Shown: piece after piece, positions 52,145 to 64,000 of the stretch
Layout of the letters: every line of letters begins with the position of its first letter
Numbering within the stretch: position 1 is the first letter of the stretch
Source: Lama guanicoe
Lineage: Eukaryota
Direction of reading: 5' to 3'
Assembly: GCA_013239625.1 (NCBI GenBank)
Contig: MU054187.1
Location: 11,731,893-11,795,892, forward strand
DNA length: 64,000 nt
The notes under the pieces: generated by a model
What the model was told of the DNA's origin: nothing
Seen by the model: the letters and a program-made list of their open reading frames with translations, nothing else
The model's database searches: none
Position numbers and translations under genes: made by a program

Positions 52145-52272
52145 TTTCTTTTTTTAAAGAACATTTTATTTTATTTTATTTTATTTTATTGTTTTCCCTT
52201 AATTCAGAGGATTGAACCCAGGACCTCAAGCACACCAAGCACATGCTTTATCACTGGGTTATGCTCTGCCCC
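52145..52272 (-). mobile_element. Diverged tRNA-derived SINE
   Basis: GGATTGAACCCAGGACCTC..AAGCACATGCTTTATCACTGGGTTAT preceded by a (TTTTA)n tail. Confidence 0.8.
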
Positions 52273-54722
52273 ACTGACCGACCCCTGCTTTTTCTTTTTC
52301 TTTTTTAAAATATATGTCCTTCCACTTGCAGGAAAGAGAATTAGATCTTTGCTTTTGGATGGTTACAAGCTATTCAAGGTGAGATAGATTACATTACAAA
52401 AGTGCTTTCTCACATGGGAGACCATGTTACAACCCAGCACTCTGGTCTAAGAACTGCCTGTAAGGTATGACATGGCCTTCAGTGACGGTGAAGTGAGAGG
52501 TCCAGGGTATGTTTAGGTGGAAGGGGAGAGGAGGGGACAGGAATTGAGGTTGGAGTATGCCATGGATGGATTACACCATGCTTTGCACTTTTGCTGCAGG
52601 GCTAGTTGCAACTAGCAAGCCCAAGTGTCTCAGAGAAACATTGTAGAGAAAGTAACATTCCAATGCCTGGCCTTTTTTTGTTGCAAATGGACTGGAAGAA
52701 TCTGAAGAAGGGTTTTAGGTGTGTCACTTAAAAGTATTTGAGCCTCAGCTTCCCCATCAATTGAATGGGAATATGAAGACTTACTTTTAAAAACTTTCTA
52801 TAAATACTAAAATGTGTAACATATGAAAAGAAAGAATGCCTGGCTCAAAGAAAGTACAGGAAAAATATTTATGTATTTTTATCAATTCTCCTTAAATATT
52901 ACAAATAGAGAAAGTGAAATAAATCACCCATGTCACATAGTTAATCAGTAACAGAACTGAGCCTGGAATCCAAATATTTTAACAAGTCTTATGAATCTAA
53001 ATCTTATTAATTTTAATATGACATACACAGTGATTTTATAAAATTTCCCAGCTGGATACATAAGAACAGCCATGGAGAGGGCTCCTGCATTACACTCCCC
53101 AGGCCCAGAGCCCTGAATGAACACCGCCTTTGAGGGAATGGCTAAGCTGTTCAGTTCTGGTGGCAGAAGATTTTCCAAAGGGCAGTTTCAAAGGAGAGCA
53201 TTGAGCTGGACAAAGGCAGGAAGGTGAGTCAGTGATCTCTGGAAGTTCTTTCAATCTGAGTGAATTGACTCTGAGTGCATTAAAGTTCATTGCAGACTGA
53301 ATGATTAGATTACACAACTGGAATCCGGGTTCTGTTATATCAAGACCAGAATTTTACTGAATGCAGTTGGCAATGGTTATTCCATCACAGAAACTGTGAA
53401 AATAGGGATAAATGACAACTGAGGTTTCTACTATCTTGAGTTTGTCCACCCCTGCCTCACATGTAGTCTTGGGATAAATTAGGGCCCTAATTTAAACTCT
53501 GTTCAATGAAAGTTGTAGCTTCCTAAAGTAAGGTTTCCAATGAATAATACAGACCTTTTGGCCAGATTAAGCCCACTCTAACATCCAAATTTGAGGTAGT
53601 AGACAATGTTATTGAAATAAGAAATATCTTCAGGATAAAAGTCAAATCACTAAAAGCAAAATTTAATTTTGTAGGAGATAAAATTGAGAATAAAAATGAG
53701 AAAAATAGTGGATAGACAAAAAAAGTCTTTATTTTCTATTAGAATTTTTAGACATTAGATTTAGATCTGGGGAAATTAACTAGAATACAGAATTATTTTG
53801 ATTACTCTGGTCTGTGTTATATCATAGCAAGAATTATAGTTTCATCAATATCAAAATGCTAATACAAGCAATAACTATCTCACTTGGCCAAATTGAAATA
53901 TTAGTGTATTAATGTTAAAGATAAGTTTAAATTTGAATATGGAAAGATATCTCACTTATTCATTTATTCAACAGATATTTATTGAGCCCCTACATCAGGC
54001 TGTTCTAGACACTAATTTTACATCAATCAACAAATAAAAAAAAATTCCTTGCTTCATAGCTTACATTATATGAGAGAAGGCAGACAAAAGTAATAATAGT
54101 AAGTAAACAAAATATATGGTATATTAGAAAGTGATGAGGTCTCTCAAAAAATACGAGTAGTTAGGGAGGGGGTTCATGAAATCCAAGGTGCAAGTTGCTA
54201 TTTTTAAACACTTGAAATAGAGATGTGATACAAGAACGCCTACAGTTGAGGTTCTGTGAATGCTCTAATCCCTTCTATTCCTGAGTCAAGATTTTTTTCA
54301 TCAGTCACTGAAATCTGCATCCTAAATATACAGGATTTTTCATGTGAAATAGTTTGAGTAAGTTTCCATTTCTAATCTCTAAGATAGTTTTGTCTTCCCT
54401 CCACAAAGGTTTTCGAAAACATCTAATGAGTGGCAAGAAGTCTGGGAGATAATGTCTCATTTCATTCTTTTTTGACATTTAAATTACAAGTAAGCATAGA
54501 ATTCAACTCTTTTCAATTTACATTTGAGGATGCTGAGCTGCCAAATCAGAGTTCATAAGTAATTTAAGGGGAAAAACATTATTTCCTGACCCTTATGTTA
54601 ATGCTTTTTACACTACATTGCTTTACCACTTGCCAAACAAGACTCACCCACATAGAGTGTTTGTCTAATAAGAAAATTTGAATTTTTAATCTTAACTTTA
54701 AATTTTTTCAAAGATCAATGTT

Positions 54723-55654
54723 TTATTTTTCATTAGCCACTATTATTCTGTTCCACACTTTCCTCATGGCATCTTTCACTTCCTTATTCCTGAAAGTGTA
54801 AATCAAAGAATTGAGCAAGGGAGTTAGGATGGTGCAAAATATGGCTACCATTTTGTCAAAGGAGAACGCAGATGGAGGTCGTGCATACACAAATATGCAT
54901 GGGACAAAGAACAAAACTACAACAGCAATGTGAGATCCGCAGGTAGAGAGAGCACTCTGCTGCCCTTCAGTACTACAGGTTCTCAGAGAGAACAAGATGA
55001 CCCTATAGGAGATGAGCAACAAGAAGATAAGGATGCAGATGAACCCACTGTTGGCAACCACCAAAAGGCCAAAGATGTGAGTGTCAGTGCAGGCAAGCTC
55101 CAGTAATGGGTATAAGTCACACATGAAGTGATCGATGACATTGGGGGCACAGAAGGGCAGCTGGAAAGTGAAGAGAATTTGTATTGTGGAATGAATGCAG
55201 GAAGCCCCCTGTCCAGGCTGCCCCTGTCAGAATGCTGCAGAGCCTCTGGCTCATGATAGAAGAGTAGTGCAGGGGTTTGCAGATGGCCACATAGCGGTCA
55301 TAGGCCATGGCCGTGAGGACAGTCACCTCTGCTCCAGCAAAGAAGTGCTCAGCAAAGAGCTGGATCATACAGCCTTCAAAGGAGATGGTTTTCCTCTCAG
55401 AGAGAGAGTCCACGATCATCTTTGGGGCAATGGCGGAGGAGAAGCATGCATCCACGACGGACAGAAAAGCCAAGAAGAAGTACATGGTGGAGCCCAGGAG
55501 TGCTGGGCTGCTGCTGATGGTCACCACCATTAGCAAGTTGCCCCGACAGTTGTGATGTAGCCAAACAAAAACACAACAAATATTATTTTCTGAATATTTG
55601 GACTTTGTGAAAGCCCCACGAGTACAAACTCGTTACAAAGCTTTGGTTTTGCAT
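54723..55654 (-). pseudogene. Olfactory receptor family 4 subfamily C pseudogene (most like OR4C15)
   Basis: Starts MQNQSFV; carries '[18 protein letters not shown]', '[19 protein letters not shown]', '[16 protein letters not shown]', 'ALSTCGSH', '[11 protein letters not shown]'. At least three frameshifts: ~55632, ~55543, and a GAAT duplication at ~55190-55197. Acceptor TTTTTCTTTCTCATAATTGTAG on the minus strand at ~55701. Confidence 0.93.
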
Positions 55655-58469
55655 GATTTCCAAGAAAAGGGTGAAAGCTACTACAGTGAGCATGTAGAAA
55701 CTACAATTATGAGAAAGAAAAATCTATCTTATACCAGTTTATGGAATTATCATTGTCAATGAGTTTGTTCATCCATATGAAAAATTATCTAATGTACTTG
55801 TGCTTCTCTTGTCATTGACAACAACAACAACAAAAGGAAGTTTTAAGGCAGCAGTGGGATGTCAGGAAGGATAGGGATAAATTATTAAATACTTTAAGAT
55901 CATCAGAGCTTCAGAATAGGGGAAAGATGGTGATCCAGTGCGGTAGGGATGAGAAATATATATTTTTTTTATCTCAGCTGTTAACTCTGATCACGTAGTA
56001 GTGGTTTCCTGAAGTGAACTGGGAGAAGGATTCTGTAGTCACATCCAAGTTTTCTGGAAAGGAGGAAGGCAGTTTATTAATCACAACTGCCAGGTGCTTG
56101 GAACAGGAGCGGGGATGACCTGCATGCCATCCCTGACCAGGAATCATCCTTATCTGCAAATAGAAGAAGAAATAACACCCAGTTTAAGAAGTGCTCGGAA
56201 ATAATGGCTATTCCCCCAATTATTTCTTTAAAAGTCTGAAGTGAATTGAGCCTTTAAGATTAATTAATCAATTCTTTATAAAAGAGAAAGATCAATGGGA
56301 AGTCACTCTGCTGTAGACTAACATATAACAAGGATGCATGTGTTGAGTTGGTTTTTTTCCACTCATTGAAAACAAAAACAGAAGTTGACAAAAAATAATA
56401 ACACCTACTAAAGAGTATTGTTATTATAACTAAGTTTAATAATGCAAGGAAGCATTTGTTCAGGGTCTAGTGTGTAAGAAACAGTCCATGTTAGGTCTTA
56501 TTACCCCATTTTACTGGTAGAAAATATATGCCATTTTAAAGAGATAAAAATCAAAGAAATAATAGGTGCTGGGTCTCAAATGTTAACCCAGACCCCTGGC
56601 TCCAACGTCTAAGTCCTTTCCACTGGATCTACAGGGAAAGAAGCACTTTTCTAGCAAGAGCTTCAGTGCAGAGGTGGCCTTTGTAGGGTTGCTATCCACT
56701 TGAGAGGTTAAAACCTTCTGATTCCTTTGTTCATGTTTGAATGATGCCTCTTCTTGAAGGACACTGAGCAAATGATGTAGAATCAGAAGGTAATGGCCCA
56801 ATTACTTACAGACACAAACTAGCAACAACCACATAGGTAAGGAATATAAATAATATGGTGAATATAGTCGGAGCCTTGAGGCTTCAACTATTTGCTAATT
56901 ATTTATACTATATGTCCCAGTCTGATCAAGTACAGCTTGGCAAAATAAACATGTTTCTTAAATTTATATGACTATTGTAATGTAGGGAGGTTCGTATATA
57001 ACCTTTATGTTCATCTCACAGGATTATAATGAGGGTCAAATTGAAAAATGTGAAACTGTTGCTTTTGATAAAATGTCCTTACCAGTTTTAGTCACTTTTC
57101 TCTCACTTAAAAATCCTGACACCTTACCCACAGACAGTTTTCCCTTGAGTTATCAAGGTTTTGACATAACCTATCCAGGATACTCCAAATTTTGATGTCA
57201 TTTTTCATAGCAAGACACATCTGTGAATAATGATTGTGTCCTTACTTGTACATGTAAGAGACATTCACCAGTCAAATGACATGTGTGTGTGTACAAATAG
57301 GCAAGTAAAAGAATAATGAGGCTTTCTGTAAAAATCAAAAGATAAGTTTTTTTTAATGAATGACAGCTAACAAAAATAATTGAAAATTTTAATAAAACTA
57401 ACAAATATAGAAGTGTGTATAGTACTATCTGTCCATTTGTTTACTTTGAAATAACCATCTTCATTATGTTTCCAGGGCACCAGACATTCCTAAACAGTGC
57501 TTGCATTACGAACTCCATATCCAGCTACAGACTGCCATCAAGAAAACAAGATTATAAAACAAACCTATAAGATCATTGGATCAGTCAATGCCCATTTACC
57601 AAAAAGTAAAGAATGTCAATGTATGTTACAACAGTTATCAGCTTATCCTCAGATCAAGAGAGATGATGGAATGAAATGATTAAGAACACCAGCTCCAGGT
57701 GCACAGAGACCTCGGTACAAATCCAGGCTCTTCTACTAAGGTAGATTATGTGATAAGAAAAGTTACATAAAATTCTCAAGGACTCAGATTCTATTCTGGA
57801 ACTGGGTATAATAATAGTGCCTCCTGAGAGAGTCCTTGCGAAAATCAGATAAGGCTGTGCTCATAAAACCATTTATGCATTTAGATGCACTGGAGGAAAT
57901 TATGATAAATGGTAAGAACAAGCCCCCAAAGCAATTGACACAGAGCAGAAATAAGAATGTTTTTATTCCTAATTTCTGCTTTACCATGACCAAGGCTGAA
58001 AAATACCTTTATTCATTTTTTACTTATTCACAAATATAAAATATTTTCTTGGTCACAGTGCAGAAATTGTATGGTTTAAATCTGTAATACTTTTAAATAT
58101 CTTTAATTATCTCTGAAATAAATGATTGTGGCCTTCAGACCCCGTGAGTCCACCATTTTTTCAGGCAGCTTCATTTTACAAATAAAATCAAATAGAATGA
58201 AGGGTGGAAAGGAAGACCAAGGTTCTATATTAATCTAACAATTAAATAATTCTTAGGCTCTCTACTTCCTTACTTGGGGAGTTTCTCCGAGAAACACTAT
58301 TTTAGAATCAAAATGCTCATTAAATATAAACAAATCAAGCCTTTCTTTTTTTCAGATAAAATAAATTTCTAACATTATTGTTAAAGCTTTGACAATGGAG
58401 AGTATGGTGTCCTCAGAGTTTATGATCACAAGGTTTTTGATTTGAAATAGTTTAAAAAATAATTACCCT

Positions 58470-58735
58470 AAATGCATTTTGTTGTCCTGGATTGAATCCT
58501 AGAACAGAAAAGGGACAATAGTGGAAAAATTAGTGAAATGTGAATAAAATCTGGTGTTTCATTAAGAGTAATATATCAACATTCATGTCATAGTTTTGAT
58601 AAATATACTCCTGGTAATGTTAGGTGATAATTATGAAGGAAAAATAACTGAGGAGGAGAAACCAGAACCCTCTATAAGATCTTGCAACTTTTCTATTAAA
58701 CTAAAATTACTCCAAAGTAAAAAGCTAATTTAAAA
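58470..58735 (+). mobile_element. Old L1M 3'UTR fragment
   Basis: TCCTGGATTGAATCCTAGAACAGAAAAGGGACA..TCTTGCAACTTTTCTA..CTAAAATTACTCCAAAGTAAAAAG resembles L1MC/MD 3' ends. Confidence 0.65.
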
Positions 58736-61700
58736 TAATGTCATAATTGTTCAATTCCTGATATCAAAAATGTAGTGATCACAGCTTCATAGCCATGTGT
58801 CACTGAAGAAGCCACAAAGCCTCTGAGTCCTCTCTCATAAAATAAGAATAGGTAAGTAACACTTGTTCAAACTGCTGGCCCATGAGAGTCAAACAAGACA
58901 GTTATTATTAACATGCTCTATAATGTACAATTCAAGTGGAAGATGTGAAATATTGATATACACATGATTTTACAATAATGCTTATACACACAAAGTGAGC
59001 TGAAGAATTGACTCTATCATATGAAAAAAGTATGTTTCTAAATCATATTTTTAATTATATCAAATCTAAATTGTAATGAAACTGCTTCATTTATTTAATC
59101 TTATTTGGAAATGTTTTCACAGTCATTTTCAGAATCATAAACATGTTTATATTCCTTATACTAGTAACTTTGACCCTAAAAATTGTTCTAAAAGTGAAAT
59201 GAGGTGATGTAAGTTTTTTTAGTGAAAGATGGTGTCATTTATAAAAGTAAAAATTCAGAAATATCTAAAACATTGAATGATAAGATGTTTATGGAAATCA
59301 GTCTACTACAAACTAGTAGCAAAATATGCTATGAGTAAAACACTAATAATAAAAGGACAAAGATGGTGAGATGTTTTTACAATATATCAAATGAGAAAAA
59401 CAACAAAAAAATTGTAATAACCCTGCTCAGACATTTTAATATAATTTTAAAATCAAGAAGGAAACATATAAAAACGGTAGGGAACTTTTTTTTATTTTCA
59501 ATAGGTATTTTGGTATAATTATAAAAAATTTAACATTAAAAATCAAGTTTAAAACCGACACCACCATATTTTTCATGATCTGAATATTTACTCAGAAAAA
59601 GATGAGGTTTGAGGGTAATTTTCTTATCCACCCAAGGCAATTAATTTGCATAGGTGGAACCAACATGCTAACGTAACATAGAATCTAAAAGGGTTTACCT
59701 TCTGTAAACCATCCACAGGTAGCTGAGCCATGGGCCCAGCTCCTCCCATCCTCTGTACTCACTCTGATACCAGTTTTCACTTCATATACTTCTACATGAA
59801 ACAGCTTGTTCTGTTTATACCTCTCATTGAAGATCCCATGGTCTTTCCTATCTTGATAGTCATATTCTTTAAATGCTGGAGCTGCACAGGAAATTGCTCA
59901 GGTCCCCTCAAACCAGAAACTGTGGGCTCTGGGCCATGTCTTAGATCTGTGACCCTGGAAATTTTTCCTTCTGACTCTTACCACTACTCACTGTTTCCTT
60001 CCCATTTGTTTCAGCAACAACCCTATTGCAGCATCGATCATTCTGAAAATGATAGAGAAATTCCTCTTTCAACTTTGAAGTTGATATATTATGTAATATA
60101 CATAGTAATTGTACTATTACATAGTGCTATGTAGTATGTTACATAGTAATTATACAGTATTATATGGTAAATATAATATTCAAAATTGTATGAGAAACTA
60201 GTAGTACAGTTGTCATTGTAAGCAGTGTCTTCTTATTATATTTTAACTTTAAATGAATAGATTTAAAGCTCCATTCTAATTACTCTCTGTGATAAGTTCC
60301 TTAAATCCTCTGAATTTTTGATCCAGGATTATTATTTACTTCATGAAAGATTTATTCTGTCTAGCTAAGCACATTCCTTTACTTCATAGTCTGAGAAATA
60401 TGTTCTCTTCAGATTTCAGACCCTTTCTTTCCCCTCAATATTGCTCTGCTGATTTATCTAAATGTTTCAACTTTTATTCTCCTACTATTTCTAGAATTTG
60501 GAAAAAAGTAATCTTTCTAGCTTTCCACCTGCATTCTTCCTGATGGATGCCTGAGCCTTCTTTCCATCTGTTGTCTTAGTGACTTAGCTCATTTTACAAA
60601 AGAGACAAGGCCATGACAACTAGCACTAAAGCAGTTCAGAACTTCACCCATTTAAATATCTCAAACGATTCTGAAGGAGAATTCAAATGCTATTTATGAC
60701 ATCAAGTGCACGTAGGGAAAATTAAATGGGCAAATTTAAAATCAGAAGACTACACTCTGGGACTTGAGTAAGACACTCCTTCTTACCTTTCATGTCCTTC
60801 CCTGGGCTATTTTTAGCATTTATTTTTGGAATATTAAGTGCTATATTGCATATCAATAAGTCTCTAAATGTTAAATAGAACTTGAATTACATTGCTTCTA
60901 CATTGATATTATTTATATAGCCTGAAAAAGTCCACTTTTTAACCTAAAACACCAAGATAAAGGACAGTGTTAGAGGATGAATGATAAATGAGAATATATA
61001 AAGTAACAAAAAAAAGCTAATGACTACCTATGACAAAATGATTCATTTGCTTCATTTCATAGTTATCTGGGTTTAATTTGAAGATGAAAAACTGAAGATA
61101 GGTCTAATTTTTAGACTTGAAAAGGTACTCCTAGCCCTCCAAAAAATGTTTGCATTCAAATAGCTGCTAATTATTGAGCACTTAAATTGCATCCAGTGTT
61201 GTCCAATTAACTCCACATGCATTATCTTGTTTCCAAATCCTTTGGCCTTGTTAACATATAATCTCAATTAAAAATGAACATTCTGAGGGAAACAAATTTG
61301 TATAACTGGCCCATGTGTACACAGTTACATGATAGACCCTAGCTTGCCTTAAACCTGGAAGCCTGCATCACGATACCCGTACTTTCAAGTACTACATCCC
61401 AATTTAAAGTCCTCTCTGAATATGCAAAAATGTGAATTATAAATCTCACCATGTTTCTGTTCCTCAAGAATTCTGATAATGACACTCTCTTATTCTCTAT
61501 AGGAAAGTCCATCCGCTAGCTGGCCAAACATGAAGTATGGGTCCAAGTCTTACTTCTACAACTAAGAGCGGGAGGAAGGGCAACGCTGGCAGATGAGGTC
61601 AAGAATTTTCCCTGCTGCTTCTCAAGCACTGTCTTCAACATGGTCTCCAGGAAAAAATAAATAAAGAAGCAAAGTTTCCTCCTTGACTTCTAACTGGAAT

Positions 61701-64000
61701 TTAAAGAAATTCCCCAAGAGATCATAAACCTGCAGAATTGCCTCTCAGTTCCCTCAGGGCTTGGAAATTTCCCATCATTACATTTTTCCAAGATGCAGTC
61801 TGTGGTTTGATGTGTTCAAGTGCTTGTAAACTTTTTATGCTCCCAATCAATTAGGGATTTTTTCTTTTTTCTTTTTTTACTTCTCCTGGTCTTCTATTTG
61901 AAGATTCTTTCATTTACCGTCATATTCAGAAACAGAAAACTGTAAACTGGGCCTGAATATAGTGCCTTAGCAGAATTGGGGTGAAATGCCTGTGTACATA
62001 TTAAGTGAAAAAGATGAGTTCTGGGATGAGGCACAGCATCAGTCCACAAAGACATGTTCTGTTTGAGGATGAGAGCAGCAGTCTGTGCTTATTAAAGAAT
62101 AACAATTAAATACATTTTTGCACATAAAAAATGAAAGGAATTGACATATAAAATAAAGGATAGAAAAGAGACATAATGAACACTAAATAGGCCAAAGAAA
62201 TCAGCAAAAATTGATCACCACCTTCAGGACAGGTAGACAGTGGGATCCAAAATGGTTCCCATCATCATCACAAGCATAATTTGGACATGCTCACTCCCAT
62301 TTGCTACTTCAAAATCTAGATGTGGGATAAGGAAGAGAAAAAATAATTACTGAAGTAGTTAAGATAAACATTTAAAAAATTGAACCTGAGGACGTAGAAA
62401 TGGAGAGGAGAAGAAAGAACTAAAAGGTATTTAAGAGGCATAGATAGCAGTTTGGGTTCAACATTAATAATAATAAAAAATGTGACTAAAAAGCATATTA
62501 CAAAAGTTATGGATCAGTGTGAGATATTGTGATTATTGTTGGAGATTTAGAATCACAGATAGAGAAGAAGTACTTAGGTATTTGTTTATTGTCCAGTCAG
62601 AGCACAGAAAGATACTCCCTGGGGTCCAAGCATCTCTCTTCCTGTTCAATTCCAGACTCCATCTCTTCTTGTTCTTTTTAGAAACTTAGATTAATGCCTC
62701 TGAAGTTCTTTAATACCATATATTTAATGGTGTTTTATATCATAACTAATAATGCTACACCATTTATTGATCTGCCCATAAACACTGCCTTCCAATTACT
62801 CTCTCAACAATATTTCCTTGTTAGTGAGCACAAATACAAATCAAAGGACCAGAATCTGAAAGAAAATACGAATGATAATGCATTTCCCAGTCATGTTATA
62901 TGGACTGTAATTTCATAGAAGAAGTATACAATTACTCATCTTCCAACCATGTCTTCCCTTGAACACCTTAAGCCATAATGACTGCCTCCCTAGAAGGTGA
63001 TATATGTCAGCACTGATGACATCCCTGCCTCGCAGACACCACCGCCAGCAAGCAGGGCAGATGAAAGACCTGACTGCAAGCGAAGAAAAGCGGTCCCACT
63101 CATTCTAATTATACCCCTCCTCACACATGGTTTAGACCCCACGCAGGCGAGCACCGTGCCATCCCATGGAGGCAAGAGAGGACTTTAATCAGAAGGACAA
63201 GCTCTCATTATGGAGCAAAAGTTTTAAAAGCCCTTACAAGAGTAAGGCACAGCCACCTCTGCAGAACTGACTGGCACATGACACAGAGCCTGTGGAAGGG
63301 CTGGGGTGACCTTGGGTGTCAGCAGGAGAGATGCACAGGATATAAGATGCTCACCTGAACTACTATAAATAGTAGCACTGCAGTCAGACCATGGACAGGT
63401 GAGAGCTGAGAAGAGCCCAGACCCCTGGCCCAATCCATGGGTCAGCAGGGGACTGCTTCAAGACCAGATCCTTGAATGTGTCCTGTGTCACCAAAAGTCA
63501 GCCTGTAAGCACCATTCTAGTAATCAGCTTAGTACACTATTATCAAAGAAATAATGTACCAGTTTTTGGAAACCATTTGCTGCTAGACTGCCCTCCTGGA
63601 ACCAAGGTTCTGGCCACATGGTCAGAGATAACTTCCTAGGTGCAGAATTCAGTAACTAGGGGGTGTCTGGTGGATGCCAGGGGCAAGATAGAGCATCAAA
63701 GAGCATCTAGAGGAGAAAACAGAGATGAGGCCTGCCCAGTTTAATCCAGGATAGATTGCCCCACTAGAAGGCAATTCTGAGTCCCAGACATTGGAAGAAA
63801 ACTTGGAAAAATTTTCAGAATACACTTCCAGATGTAGAGTTAAAAACAGTATCTCTGCTTGTCCTGGTCCAAGGGTGGTTCTATCTAAAATATTGGTTCT
63901 TCACAGTTACAAATATGAAGTGAGTTAGCCATGAGGATGACTGGGAGAAAGCGTACCATGATGGTAGACAGTCTGTATAAAGGACCTACAGCAAGAAGGT

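Noticed and set aside
1..64000. CRISPR array, operon, prophage or other prokaryotic-type system
   Set aside because: There are no regularly spaced repeat-spacer units or gene-dense regions; the sequence is clearly mammalian.

Overview
This is mammalian genomic DNA, very probably camelid: it carries several copies of a tRNA-derived SINE resembling camelid Vic-1, and I saw no Alu, B1, Bov-A, PRE-1 or SINEC elements. I could not identify any intact protein-coding gene. The window holds four pseudogenes: a CpG-rich processed PUS1 retrocopy (~20.3-21.8 kb, minus), a processed RPL21 retrocopy (~34.6-35.1 kb, minus), and two disabled family-4 olfactory receptor genes (OR4C11-like at 48.3-49.2 kb, plus; OR4C15-like at 54.7-55.7 kb, minus). 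There is also an orphan CpG island (~44.25-44.75 kb) and many interspersed repeats (L1, HAL1-like, L2, MIR, MLT1/MLT2 and ERV LTRs, hAT-Charlie and Tigger DNA transposons, young SINEs with TSDs). By eye the window looks like a mosaic of three domains: AT-rich 1-24.8 kb, GC-richer and MIR/L2/MLT-dense 25-46.7 kb, and an AT-rich OR-cluster segment from 47 kb. Both apparent boundaries coincide with truncated retroelements that may be rearrangement scars. The most striking unexplained structure is a 199-bp near-perfect palindrome at 18162-18360. Repeat family names are from memory of consensus sequences, not from a search. I found no convincing evidence of a wholly new biological system.
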